From Bacillota bacterium (lineage in GTDB: Bacteria; Bacillota; UBA4882; UBA8346): a DNA stretch of 32,000 nucleotides. The notes below the pieces were generated by a model. It ran no database searches. It was not told the origin of the DNA and worked only from the letters and a program-made list of their open reading frames with translations. The stretch is taken from contig JAEYGI010000063.1 of assembly GCA_023402395.1 (NCBI GenBank), forward strand, positions 8,569 to 40,568, given 5' to 3'. Below are positions 18,253 to 25,452 of the stretch, piece after piece (the stretch's first letter is position 1; each line of letters starts with the position of its first letter). A program made the translations under genes and the position numbers.

Positions 18253-18889
18253 ATTGAAAAAACTTGCGACAATTGTTTTCATGACGGTCGGGATCTACGT
18301 TGCCGGACGATATGGAGGCTGGTGGGATCTGATTGGACAGGCTCCTAATCTTCCTTCCCGCCCTCCGCCACCCAATGTCCCGGGCATTTCAATTCGGGGC
18401 AGTTCTTTAATCGGATGGGATGATCATCAGAAGGCTTGGGAGATTAAGGCCGAAAAAATTTGGCAGACTTCGGACGGTAATTTAGTGTATTTTGAAACGA
18501 TAACCGAAGGAGTGATCTTCTCGGTCAAAGGCGAGCGCGTGACCTTTACCGCCGGGTGGGCCCGCTGGGAGAAGCATCGAAGCCAATTAACCATTGGAAA
18601 AGGATTGACCGCCGATTTTAAGGACGGTACCTTTACCACCTCGGAAGCGGTGATGGACTATCAGACGGAGGTTATTAGTTCGGAAAAAGGAATTCGTTAT
18701 GTGGGTGACGAAGTAACGGTCACTGCCGCTAAAATGCGGGCCAATGTCGACCAAGAAGAATTATATCTTGAAGGACAAGTTATGCTGGTCCAGGATGGCG
18801 ATGAAATTCATTCCCGGGCGTTAACCTATTACTCAAAGCAAAAACGCTTTGAGGTTCATGAACCGGAGGAGGTTACGCTTAATCTATGA
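18236..18889 (+). CDS. lptC: LptC-like membrane-anchored OstA-fold protein
   Basis: N-terminal TM anchor (LATIVFMTVGIYVAG) followed by about 150 aa of beta-rich sequence with the OstA/LptC-type 'start here, continue there' pattern. It overlaps the lptD-like 3' end by 17 nt and lies immediately upstream of the lptA-like gene. Confidence 0.5.
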   Translation: MNCRIELKKLATIVFMTVGIYVAGRYGGWWDLIGQAPNLPSRPPPPNVPGISIRGSSLIGWDDHQKAWEIKAEKIWQTSDGNLVYFETITEGVIFSVKGERVTFTAGWARWEKHRSQLTIGKGLTADFKDGTFTTSEAVMDYQTEVISSEKGIRYVGDEVTVTAAKMRANVDQEELYLEGQVMLVQDGDEIHSRALTYYSKQKRFEVHEPEEVTLNL

Positions 18890-19989
18890 GAAAAATAGCG
18901 TTTTTTGTGATAACGTGGCTGCTTACGTTCTCCGTTTGCCTCGGGGTGGCTGAACCTGTGAAAATCACCGGCAAGTCGATCTGGGGTGATACCAAGAAAA
19001 AGCACACTTACATTGATGGAGCGGTTAAGATCGTTCAGGGAAAGACCGTTATCAACACTGAGAACGCTGTGATTGATCTGGATCTGAAGTCGGTCACGTT
19101 AACCAAAGGGGTTATTCTCCGGCAATCGGAGATCGCGATCCAGGGGAAAACTTTGAAGTACGATTTGCGCCAAAAAGTCGGAGATTTTGACGGCGGAGTT
19201 CAATTGGAGCGTTACCGGGTGGAAGCGGATCCTGGCCAAAAAAGCAAAGAACCGTTCGCTCTGACCTGCGATCAGCTCCATCTGGAAGTGGACGACAAAA
19301 ATTTTCTGGCTGGAGGAAACGTCCGTTTTACTCACGATGACTTCAATGGCGCCGCCACCAGTGTCGAATACAATGATCAGCGGCAAGAGCTGTTATTTTC
19401 CGGACAGGCATTATTGAAACGGCCTCAAAAGACGGAAGCGGACGGTAAGACCAAAGATCCCTTCGAACTGTCAAGCTCCCGGATTTTACTGAATATTGAT
19501 CAAAAAAACTTTGATGCTTCAGAGGATGCCGTCTTTCGGCATGAGGAATTTAACGGTTCGGCGGATCGGATGCAATATGATGATCAATTGCAGCTACTCG
19601 CCTTTGACGGCCACGCTACGTTAAACCGGCCCAAACAGACCGCCAAAAACGGAAAGGCCAAGGAGCCCTTCAGCCTGAACTGCCAGCAACTTGAGTTTCG
19701 AGTAGAGACCAGAGATTTTACGGCTTCTGGAGAGGTGGCGCTTGAACATTCGGATTTTACGGGAACGGCTGAACGGGTTGAGTATCTTGACCAATTCCAG
19801 GAACTGATATTCATCGGGAATGCCCGCTTGAAACGGCCGAAAGGAGAAGAGATCCACGGTGAACGGGTAAAAATCCTGATGAATGAGAAAAGCTTCACCG
19901 TAGTCAAAGGAGTTAACCTCAGTTTTGAGGTTTCCGAGGATAATTCGTCCGCTCCGCAACGACCGAAAGGGAAACCGGGCAAACGGTAG
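18886..19989 (+). CDS. lptA: Extended LptA/OstA-like periplasmic protein with three internal ~70-aa repeats
   Basis: ATGA start/stop overlap with the upstream gene. Signal peptide (FFVITWLLTFSVCLGVA/EP). OstA-like N-region (KITGKSIWGDTKKKHTYIDGAVKIVQGKTVINTENAVIDL). Three tandem repeats (KEPFALTCDQLHLEV..FNGAATSVEYNDQRQELLFSG; KDPFELSSSRILLNI..FNGSADRMQYDDQLQLLAFDG; KEPFSLNCQQLEFRV..FTGTAERVEYLDQFQELIFIG). Confidence 0.55.
   Translation: MRKIAFFVITWLLTFSVCLGVAEPVKITGKSIWGDTKKKHTYIDGAVKIVQGKTVINTENAVIDLDLKSVTLTKGVILRQSEIAIQGKTLKYDLRQKVGDFDGGVQLERYRVEADPGQKSKEPFALTCDQLHLEVDDKNFLAGGNVRFTHDDFNGAATSVEYNDQRQELLFSGQALLKRPQKTEADGKTKDPFELSSSRILLNIDQKNFDASEDAVFRHEEFNGSADRMQYDDQLQLLAFDGHATLNRPKQTAKNGKAKEPFSLNCQQLEFRVETRDFTASGEVALEHSDFTGTAERVEYLDQFQELIFIGNARLKRPKGEEIHGERVKILMNEKSFTVVKGVNLSFEVSEDNSSAPQRPKGKPGKR
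19198..19821 (+). repeat. Three tandem ~69-70-codon intragenic repeats within the lptA-like gene
   Basis: Repeats span aa 105-174, 175-243 and 244-312 of the 367-aa product. They align by eye with conserved K(E/D)PF.L, F.G.A..(V/M).Y.DQ.Q.L.F.G and L(K/N)RP(Q/K) motifs. Confidence 0.7.
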
Positions 19990-20054
19990 TGACAACTCAT
20001 TTCTTGATCTGAGGATTTTATTACATTACGAGTGTTTGGTTGAGGTGACTTTGA

Positions 20055-20957
20055 ATGGGAGCCGGCATGCCGTTATTCTCCGACAACGACTCGTTTCAGT
20101 CCGTGTTTCAAGTCGCGGATAATCGGGAACAGCAAAACGAAGACGGAACATGTCAGCGGCTCGAACTTTGGACTCAAAACATTGCCTTTAGTTTTCCCGG
20201 ACGCGATTTGCTGGAGGCTGATTTTAAATTAATCTTCGGAGTAGGGGAAGTCACCGCTCAAAAGCTGAGAGATGACGGGTTTCAGACGTTATATGACCTA
20301 ATCCGTCACCCCCGTTGGGGTCGGGCTGCAACTGACGTGCTCCGCTTGATTGAGACCCGGAATTATGAGCGACTTGCCGCTTATGGAGCCAGCGACCTTC
20401 AACTGTTGAGTTTCTTCGACCCGCGGCAGATTAAGTTTATTGATATCGAAACCGTGGGATTATATTACGTAAACCCCGTTTTTTTAGTGGGCGTATTGCG
20501 GTTTGAGGAGGAACGGGGAATCATTTCGCAGTATTTGGCCAGGGATTATTCGGAAGAAAAGGCGTTATTGCGGGAAGTGCTGGATGAACTGAAACAAACG
20601 GCGCTGATTACCAGCTTCAACGGCCGAAGTTTTGATATTCCCTATTTGCGAGGCCGGATGCGGTATCATCAACTGTGCGACATGGACCGGTCGGTCCATG
20701 TCGACTTGCTCCGGACCGCCCGGAAAAACTACCGCGACACCTTGCCCAATTGTCGGCTGGTAACTATTGAGCGTCATTTGTTGTCCGAAGAAAGGCCGGA
20801 CGATCTCCCCGGTTCAGAAGTGGCCGATTATTATCACCGATTTGTGGAGACGGGCGACCGGAGCTTGATCGCGGCCATCCTGAAGCATAACGCCAGAGAT
20901 CTATTATCAATGGCCAAAATCCTGGGGATAATGACCGATTGTTTAGGAGCGGTGTGA
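20055..20957 (+). CDS. RNase H-like (YprB/COG3359-type) predicted exonuclease with N-terminal HhH-like segment
   Basis: SD GAGGTGA lies 6 nt before the ATG. FIDIETVGL (DxE motif), ITSFNGRSFDIPYL, KHNARDLLSM. N-terminal GVGEVTAQKLRDDGFQTLYDL. Confidence 0.7.
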   Translation: MGAGMPLFSDNDSFQSVFQVADNREQQNEDGTCQRLELWTQNIAFSFPGRDLLEADFKLIFGVGEVTAQKLRDDGFQTLYDLIRHPRWGRAATDVLRLIETRNYERLAAYGASDLQLLSFFDPRQIKFIDIETVGLYYVNPVFLVGVLRFEEERGIISQYLARDYSEEKALLREVLDELKQTALITSFNGRSFDIPYLRGRMRYHQLCDMDRSVHVDLLRTARKNYRDTLPNCRLVTIERHLLSEERPDDLPGSEVADYYHRFVETGDRSLIAAILKHNARDLLSMAKILGIMTDCLGAV

Positions 20958-21013
20958 CATTCGCGGCCTTCAGCCAATGTCTATCACAACGCTTTTAGGA
21001 AAGGCGGGAAACC

Positions 21014-22021
21014 ATGAAAATTAAAGAAATCGCCGCGTCGACTCCGGTCTCGGGTAGGTATCTGATTACCGAGAACCAACTGAAAGTCGCCAAAAACGGC
21101 AGCAATTATTTGGCCATGAAGATCGCTGATCCCAGCGGCGAATTGGCGGTAAAGGTATGGAGCGCCGACGAGGAGTTGTTTAATTGCTTGGCGGCCGGGA
21201 GAGTCATTGAACTCCATAATGTCCAGCCCAAAGTATTCAAGGATCAGATGCAACTGGAATGGGAAGGGAAAAACCAGGCGCTGTTCAAAGTTTTGCCCGA
21301 ACATGAAGTGGATTATGGGCAGTTTCTACCGGCCGCGCCGGGAAATCTCACTGATTACTGGAATTACATCGCCGGGACGATTGAGTCCGTTACAACTCCG
21401 GACCTTCAAAAAATACTCAAACATTTTTTCGGCAATCGGGATTTCGCGGCTCAATTCATGCGGGTTCCGGCGGCTTTGAAACGACATCATGTTTATGTGG
21501 GAGGCCTGCTTGAACACACTGCGGGCGTAACCGCGATGTGCCGGGCGGCGGCGGATTATTACCCGGCGGTGAACCGTGATTTGTTGTTGACCGGTGCTAT
21601 TTTGCATGATATTGGGAAGACTAAAACATATCAGTTGGGAAAAGGGTTTTCCGGGACCGATGAGGGAAAGCTCATCGGCCACCTGGTGCTGGGCGTGGAA
21701 ATGGTCAACCACGCCATCGCCGAAACAATGGACGCAAACACCCCCAAGAGTGCGGCGCTCAAGAATCAGTTGCTTCATCTGCTAGTCAGCCATCACGGGA
21801 TTATGGAATGGGGGTCGCCGGTGGAACCGCTGATCATCGAGGCCTGTATTTTGCATCACGCCGATAATTTGGACGCGCAAGTCACCAAATTTCTAACGAT
21901 CATCCGGGCGGAGAGCGGCGAAACCGGATGGTCGGCTTTTGACCCCGGCTTAGGCAGATCCATCTATATCCACAGCCGGTTCGATCGGCCGGATGCCCAA
22001 GTAAAACCGGAGGAGCAGTAA
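21014..22021 (+). CDS. yhaM: YhaM-like 3'-5' exoribonuclease (OB-fold plus HD domain)
   Basis: N-terminal OB-like segment (KVAKNGSNYLAMKIADPSGELAVKVWSA). HD-domain motifs: HHVYVGGLLEHT, GAILHDIGK, LVSHHG, ILHHADNLDA. Confidence 0.75.
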   Translation: MKIKEIAASTPVSGRYLITENQLKVAKNGSNYLAMKIADPSGELAVKVWSADEELFNCLAAGRVIELHNVQPKVFKDQMQLEWEGKNQALFKVLPEHEVDYGQFLPAAPGNLTDYWNYIAGTIESVTTPDLQKILKHFFGNRDFAAQFMRVPAALKRHHVYVGGLLEHTAGVTAMCRAAADYYPAVNRDLLLTGAILHDIGKTKTYQLGKGFSGTDEGKLIGHLVLGVEMVNHAIAETMDANTPKSAALKNQLLHLLVSHHGIMEWGSPVEPLIIEACILHHADNLDAQVTKFLTIIRAESGETGWSAFDPGLGRSIYIHSRFDRPDAQVKPEEQ

Positions 22022-22632
22022 TGGAGTCGTTTACTTTATTAACGCTGTACCTATTGGGATGCCTGATCGGCTTTACCTTCGAATATTACGCCCGTTGGTC
22101 GCCGTGGGTGATCATGGTCCTTTCATATCTATTGGTGTTATTAATTCCACCGGTCTGGTTCATCGGCGTGGTTGGCGGACTCTGGATCAGTTGCGCTTTT
22201 TTTGTTTCTCGTGTCGCAACGGAGCGTTCAATGGACGGCGCGCCATCGCTTACGGTGTGGAAGTTATGTTCGAGTTCGATTCTGACGTTTTCCGGATTTT
22301 TGTTGACCTTATTTTCGGTATGGCGGGTGAAAGACACCGGCTTTATGGGGCCGTGGCAACGGGAGTTGCTGGGCTGGAGTTTTCTAATTCTGATTGAGGC
22401 TTGCATTTACAAATATCTCGCTACCCACTGTCCTTCCTTATACCGGAAGTACCTTGGATTAGGGATTACGGTTCTTAATTTTTTAATGACTTTTTATATC
22501 GTGGTGGATTGGACGTTTACCGCCAAATTGTTGGCGTTTGCGGTTCTCCTGAACGGCAACCTGTTTCTTCTGGCATTGGTCGATCGTCCGTTGCGGCGAC
22601 CGGTGGATCCAATGATGAGGTTCGGCCGATGA
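22021..22632 (+). CDS. Polytopic integral membrane protein, unknown function
   Basis: About 6 hydrophobic segments. Its start shares 1 nt with the yhaM-like stop (TAATG), and its stop overlaps the mtaB start (ATGA). Confidence 0.55.
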   Translation: MESFTLLTLYLLGCLIGFTFEYYARWSPWVIMVLSYLLVLLIPPVWFIGVVGGLWISCAFFVSRVATERSMDGAPSLTVWKLCSSSILTFSGFLLTLFSVWRVKDTGFMGPWQRELLGWSFLILIEACIYKYLATHCPSLYRKYLGLGITVLNFLMTFYIVVDWTFTAKLLAFAVLLNGNLFLLALVDRPLRRPVDPMMRFGR

Positions 22633-23912
22633 AAGTGGCTTTTCACACGTTGGGTTGCAAGGTGAATCAGAACGATTCATCCAATCTGATGATTCTGTTT
22701 CGCGAACGCGGCTATGAAATCGTTCCTTTTGACGCCACGGCCGACGTTTATGTGATCAACACCTGCGCCGTCACTCAAGTGGGGGAACGAAAGTCCCGGC
22801 AGATGATTCGGAAAGCCATCGGAGCCAATCCCGAAGCTGTGATCGCGGTCACTGGATGTTATGCGCAAACCGCTCCTCAGGAATTGGCCGGAATCCCCGG
22901 CATCAATTTGGTAATCGGAATGGCGGACCGCCACCGGATTGTCGAGTTGGTGGAAGAATTTCGGCAAACGCACCGGAATATGGTGCGGGTCGCTTCGACC
23001 GCCGAGTTAACCGCCTGGCAGGATCTGCCCGTCGGAGCGGTGGGGGATCGGACCCGGGTCACCTTAAAAATCGAGGAAGGTTGCGATCAATTCTGTTCTT
23101 ATTGCATCGTTCCCTACGCTCGGGGCCGGGTTCGCAGCATGCCTCCGGACCAGGTCGTGGAGAAAATGCGGGTTTTAGCGGAGCAGGGATACCGAGAGGT
23201 TGTATTGACCGGAATTCATCTCGGGTCCTATGGCAAGGATCTCAATCATACGCTGAATCAATTGTTGCGGGAGATTTTGAAAGTGCCGGGGAATTTCCGG
23301 ATTCGGCTCGGTTCCATCGATCCTCATGAAATTGACGGAGATCTCATTGATACTATCGTCAACCAGCGACGCATTTGTCAATTTCTACATATTCCGCTTC
23401 AAAGCGGCAGTTCTCGGATTTTGCAATTGATGAACCGACATTATACTTGCGAGGAGTACACCGGGTTATTGAGGGCTCTGCGGGAGAAAAATCCATTGAT
23501 AGCGATTGGGACGGACTTGATCGTCGGGTTTCCTGGTGAAACGGAGCACGATTTTGATGAAATTGCAAATTATGTTCGGGATCAGGCCTTCAGCCGGATT
23601 CATGTATTTCGCTATTCGCCGCGGAAAGGTACTCCGGCTTTCCAAATGCCGGGGCGGGTTCCTGCTTCGGAACAGGAGATTCGCAGCCACAGGATCCAGG
23701 AGATCGGGAACCGATCGGCCGCCGAATTCGCCCGAAAATTCATCGGACGCACGGTGGAAGTATTATTTGAAGAACGGGAAGAAACACAATGGCACGGTTT
23801 GTCCGGAGAATATCTCCGGGTTAACGTGGAATCGAAATCGAATCTTAAGAATAAACTCATTCTGGTGAAGATCGTCGGAGCCGAGGCGGGCATATTGCAC
23901 GGAATTTGTTAA
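22629..23912 (+). CDS. mtaB: tRNA (N6-threonylcarbamoyladenosine) methylthiotransferase MtaB (MiaB-like radical SAM)
   Basis: Track ORF 22509..23912; ATG 22629 gives the canonical N-terminus MKVAFHTLGCKVNQNDS. Radical-SAM CDQFCSYC motif. C-terminal TRAM-like region. Confidence 0.8.
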   Translation: MKVAFHTLGCKVNQNDSSNLMILFRERGYEIVPFDATADVYVINTCAVTQVGERKSRQMIRKAIGANPEAVIAVTGCYAQTAPQELAGIPGINLVIGMADRHRIVELVEEFRQTHRNMVRVASTAELTAWQDLPVGAVGDRTRVTLKIEEGCDQFCSYCIVPYARGRVRSMPPDQVVEKMRVLAEQGYREVVLTGIHLGSYGKDLNHTLNQLLREILKVPGNFRIRLGSIDPHEIDGDLIDTIVNQRRICQFLHIPLQSGSSRILQLMNRHYTCEEYTGLLRALREKNPLIAIGTDLIVGFPGETEHDFDEIANYVRDQAFSRIHVFRYSPRKGTPAFQMPGRVPASEQEIRSHRIQEIGNRSAAEFARKFIGRTVEVLFEEREETQWHGLSGEYLRVNVESKSNLKNKLILVKIVGAEAGILHGIC

Positions 23913-24107
23913 AAGCATGGCGCTGAACACGGCCGCGTGCCCGTAGCGGGGCAGTCATACCAGAAACGGGGATGAAGTTGGTCTTTAGCTATTTTTCGGC
24001 AGCTCTACGGGAGCGATAAATTTATTGCCTGTCGCTAAACTTTATTCGAATCGCAGCAGGAATTTATTTAGAGATGTCGAAAATTATTCAATAAAGGAGA
24101 GATCTGA

Positions 24108-24452
24108 GTGTCCGATTGTATCTTCTGCCGGATTGTTCGTGGTGAAATACCCAGCCAGAAAGTGTATGAAAACGAACAGATCATCATCTTCAAAGATATT
24201 AATCCGGTAGCTCCTACTCATCTTTTAGCGATTCCCAAACAACACATCGACAATATTTGTGATCCGAAACTGATCGAGTCCAGTTTGACCACCAGTCTGT
24301 TCGAAGGAGTTCAGTCCGCCGTGGCGGAGTTGGGCTTGAAAGCGGACGGGTTTCGGGTGGTGGTCAACTTTGGCCGGGATGCCGGAGAAGCGGTGCCGCA
24401 TCTACACTTTCACATTATTGCCGGCCGGCCGTTGGGTTGGCCTCCCGGTTAA
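24108..24452 (+). CDS. HIT-family (HinT-like) nucleotide hydrolase
   Basis: SD AAAGGAGAG before GTG 24108. CIFCRIVRGEIP N-terminus. Histidine triad HLHFHIIAG. Confidence 0.85.
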   Translation: MSDCIFCRIVRGEIPSQKVYENEQIIIFKDINPVAPTHLLAIPKQHIDNICDPKLIESSLTTSLFEGVQSAVAELGLKADGFRVVVNFGRDAGEAVPHLHFHIIAGRPLGWPPG

Positions 24453-24456
24453 GCGA

Positions 24457-24486
24457 TTGACATTTATGGGTTTAATGTAGTAAAAT
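24457..24486 (+). promoter_or_regulatory. Candidate sigma-A promoter for rpsU
   Basis: TTGACA (24457-24462), 18-nt spacer, TAAAAT (24481-24486), about 80 nt upstream of rpsU. Confidence 0.45.
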
Positions 24487-24565
24487 AATATAATGTAATT
24501 TTGTTTTCGAACCGGGCACTGCTAACGGGTCATGGGGTAGGAAAGCAGTGAGGGGAGGGAAATAG

Positions 24566-24745
24566 GTGGCCACCGAGATTAAGATCGGTAAGAACGAGAC
24601 ATTGGACAGCGCATTACGCCGTTTTAAGCGGGAATGTCAAGTTTCCGGCATATTAGCGGAAGTTCGCAAACGCGAGCATTACGAAAAGCCAAGCGTCAGA
24701 AGAAAGAAAAAATCTGAAGCAGCCAGAAAACGCAAGTTTAAATAA
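24566..24745 (+). CDS. rpsU: 30S ribosomal protein S21
   Basis: Not in the ORF track because it is only 59 aa. SD GGGGAGGG precedes GTG 24566. The translation [59 protein letters not shown] is canonical S21. Confidence 0.9.
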   Translation: MATEIKIGKNETLDSALRRFKRECQVSGILAEVRKREHYEKPSVRRKKKSEAARKRKFK

Positions 24746-24768
24746 CCCGTCTAGCGACGGGTTTTTAT
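24745..24768. terminator. Rho-independent terminator, potentially bidirectional
   Basis: CCCGTC-TAGC-GACGGG followed by TTTTT on the + strand, immediately after the rpsU stop. On the - strand the same stem is followed by TTATTT. Confidence 0.75.
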
Positions 24769-25290
24769 CTTCTCCAAGCCCGCCTTAACTGGGCGCCTTC
24801 GCTCCAACTGAAGCAACTCCCGCGGCATCTGTAGCAACACTTTTTCCATTTGAAGCAAGGGTTGCTCCAACTGATCCAACTCCCGGATCATCTGGAGCGA
24901 GTCTGCCCCCAACTGAAGGAACACTTTTTCCATCTGGAGCGGCCCTTCCCCCATTTGAAGGAACTTTTCCTTCAAATGAAGATCTAATATTTCGTTCTGG
25001 AGAAACTCTTCCTTCAAATGAAGCTCCAACATTTCCATTTGAAGGAACATTTCCTTCAAATGATCCTCCAATATTTCCATCTGAAGAAACAATTCCTTCA
25101 AATGAAGATCTAATATTCCCATCTGAAGGAACATCTGCTTCAAATATGAATCCAGCATTTCCATTTGGAGCAACCGTCGCTCCAAATGAAACTCCACTAT
25201 TTCGACTGGAAGCGGCACTTGCTTCACTTGAAGCGGTCCTTCCCTCAACTGGGGCGGCCCGTGCTCCTTTTGCAGCGATTGACGCTGCAA
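24751..25290 (-). CDS. Orphan heptad-repeat protein (about 23 heptads; core alternates K-E-x-F-L-Q-M and E-I-L-D-L-H-L)
   Basis: Among units of the 21-nt array, substitutions fall mainly on the third codon positions of this frame and are synonymous there (TTC/TTT Phe, CTT/CTC/CTA Leu, CAA/CAG Gln, GAA/GAG Glu). The same changes are non-synonymous in the other open frames. AAGGA lies 8 nt before TTG 25290, and GTG 25227 is an alternative start. The stop lies in the loop of the rpsU terminator. No clear promoter was found. Confidence 0.45.
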   Translation of the reverse strand: MQRQSLQKEHGPPQLREGPLQVKQVPLPVEIVEFHLERRLLQMEMLDSYLKQMFLQMGILDLHLKELFLQMEILEDHLKEMFLQMEMLELHLKEEFLQNEILDLHLKEKFLQMGEGPLQMEKVFLQLGADSLQMIRELDQLEQPLLQMEKVLLQMPRELLQLERRRPVKAGLEKIKTRR

Positions 25291-25308
25291 TTGAAGCGTC
25301 CTTTGCCC
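24805..25308. repeat. Tandem array of 24 x 21-nt units in unbroken register (42-nt super-repeat in the centre)
   Basis: Units start at 24805+21k. Plus-strand consensus: CA(T/A)-(C/T/A)TGAAG-(G/A/C)AAC-A-(T/C)TT-CCTT alternating with CAAATGAAGATCTAATATTTC. No indels across 504 nt. Central units are AT-rich and flanking units are GC-richer and degenerate. Confidence 0.9.
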
Positions 25309-25452
25309 CAGTTACTGTTAAAATCAAAAGAAACTCTGATAGTTTTTTGCCAAGGGAGGCACCCTATTTAAAACCACAAGACTCAAATTTTTCAGGTTGC
25401 GCTCCCGTGTCCCCAAAGGCCTTCGCGCGGGTTTTCATTATGGATAGGAGGA

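Noticed and set aside
19584-20000. Two overlapping minus-strand ORFs (138 and 124 aa) opposite the 3' half of the lptA-like gene.
   Set aside because: They are shadow frames of the repeat-containing plus-strand gene, with no SD and no motifs.
21326-21778. 150-aa minus-strand ORF opposite the yhaM-like gene, and 90-aa and 63-aa alternative plus frames.
   Set aside because: The HD-domain motifs define the real frame.
22509-22628. N-terminal extensions proposed by the ORF track (mtaB from 22509, tamB 2070, skp 11692, lptD-like 16009, rluD 28114, infC 29469, lpxD 13709).
   Set aside because: In each case an internal start with a good SD yields the canonical family N-terminus, and the extension would overlap the upstream gene.
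22856-23329. 157-aa alternative-frame plus-strand ORF, and several 60-110-aa ORFs on both strands, within mtaB.
   Set aside because: They are R/G/S-rich out-of-frame translations of a GC-rich gene. The radical-SAM motifs are in the annotated frame.
24805-25308. Tandem array considered as a CRISPR array or as replication or partition iterons (the 21-bp period equals two helical turns).
   Set aside because: There are no unique spacers between repeats, so it is not CRISPR. There are no rep, par or cas genes nearby. The codon-phase pattern of substitutions argues for protein-coding constraint. A DNA-binding role cannot be fully excluded without data.
24785-25327. 180-aa minus-strand ORF (G/S/N-rich, SFEGNVPSNGNVGA-type 14-mers) that looks like a beta-solenoid or adhesin-type repeat protein.
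   Set aside because: Its third codon positions are almost invariant A/T. The inter-unit substitutions fall on its first positions and change amino acids (N/D, P/S). It has no internal Met and no SD before its TTG. The overlapping 24751..25290 frame explains the variation as synonymous.
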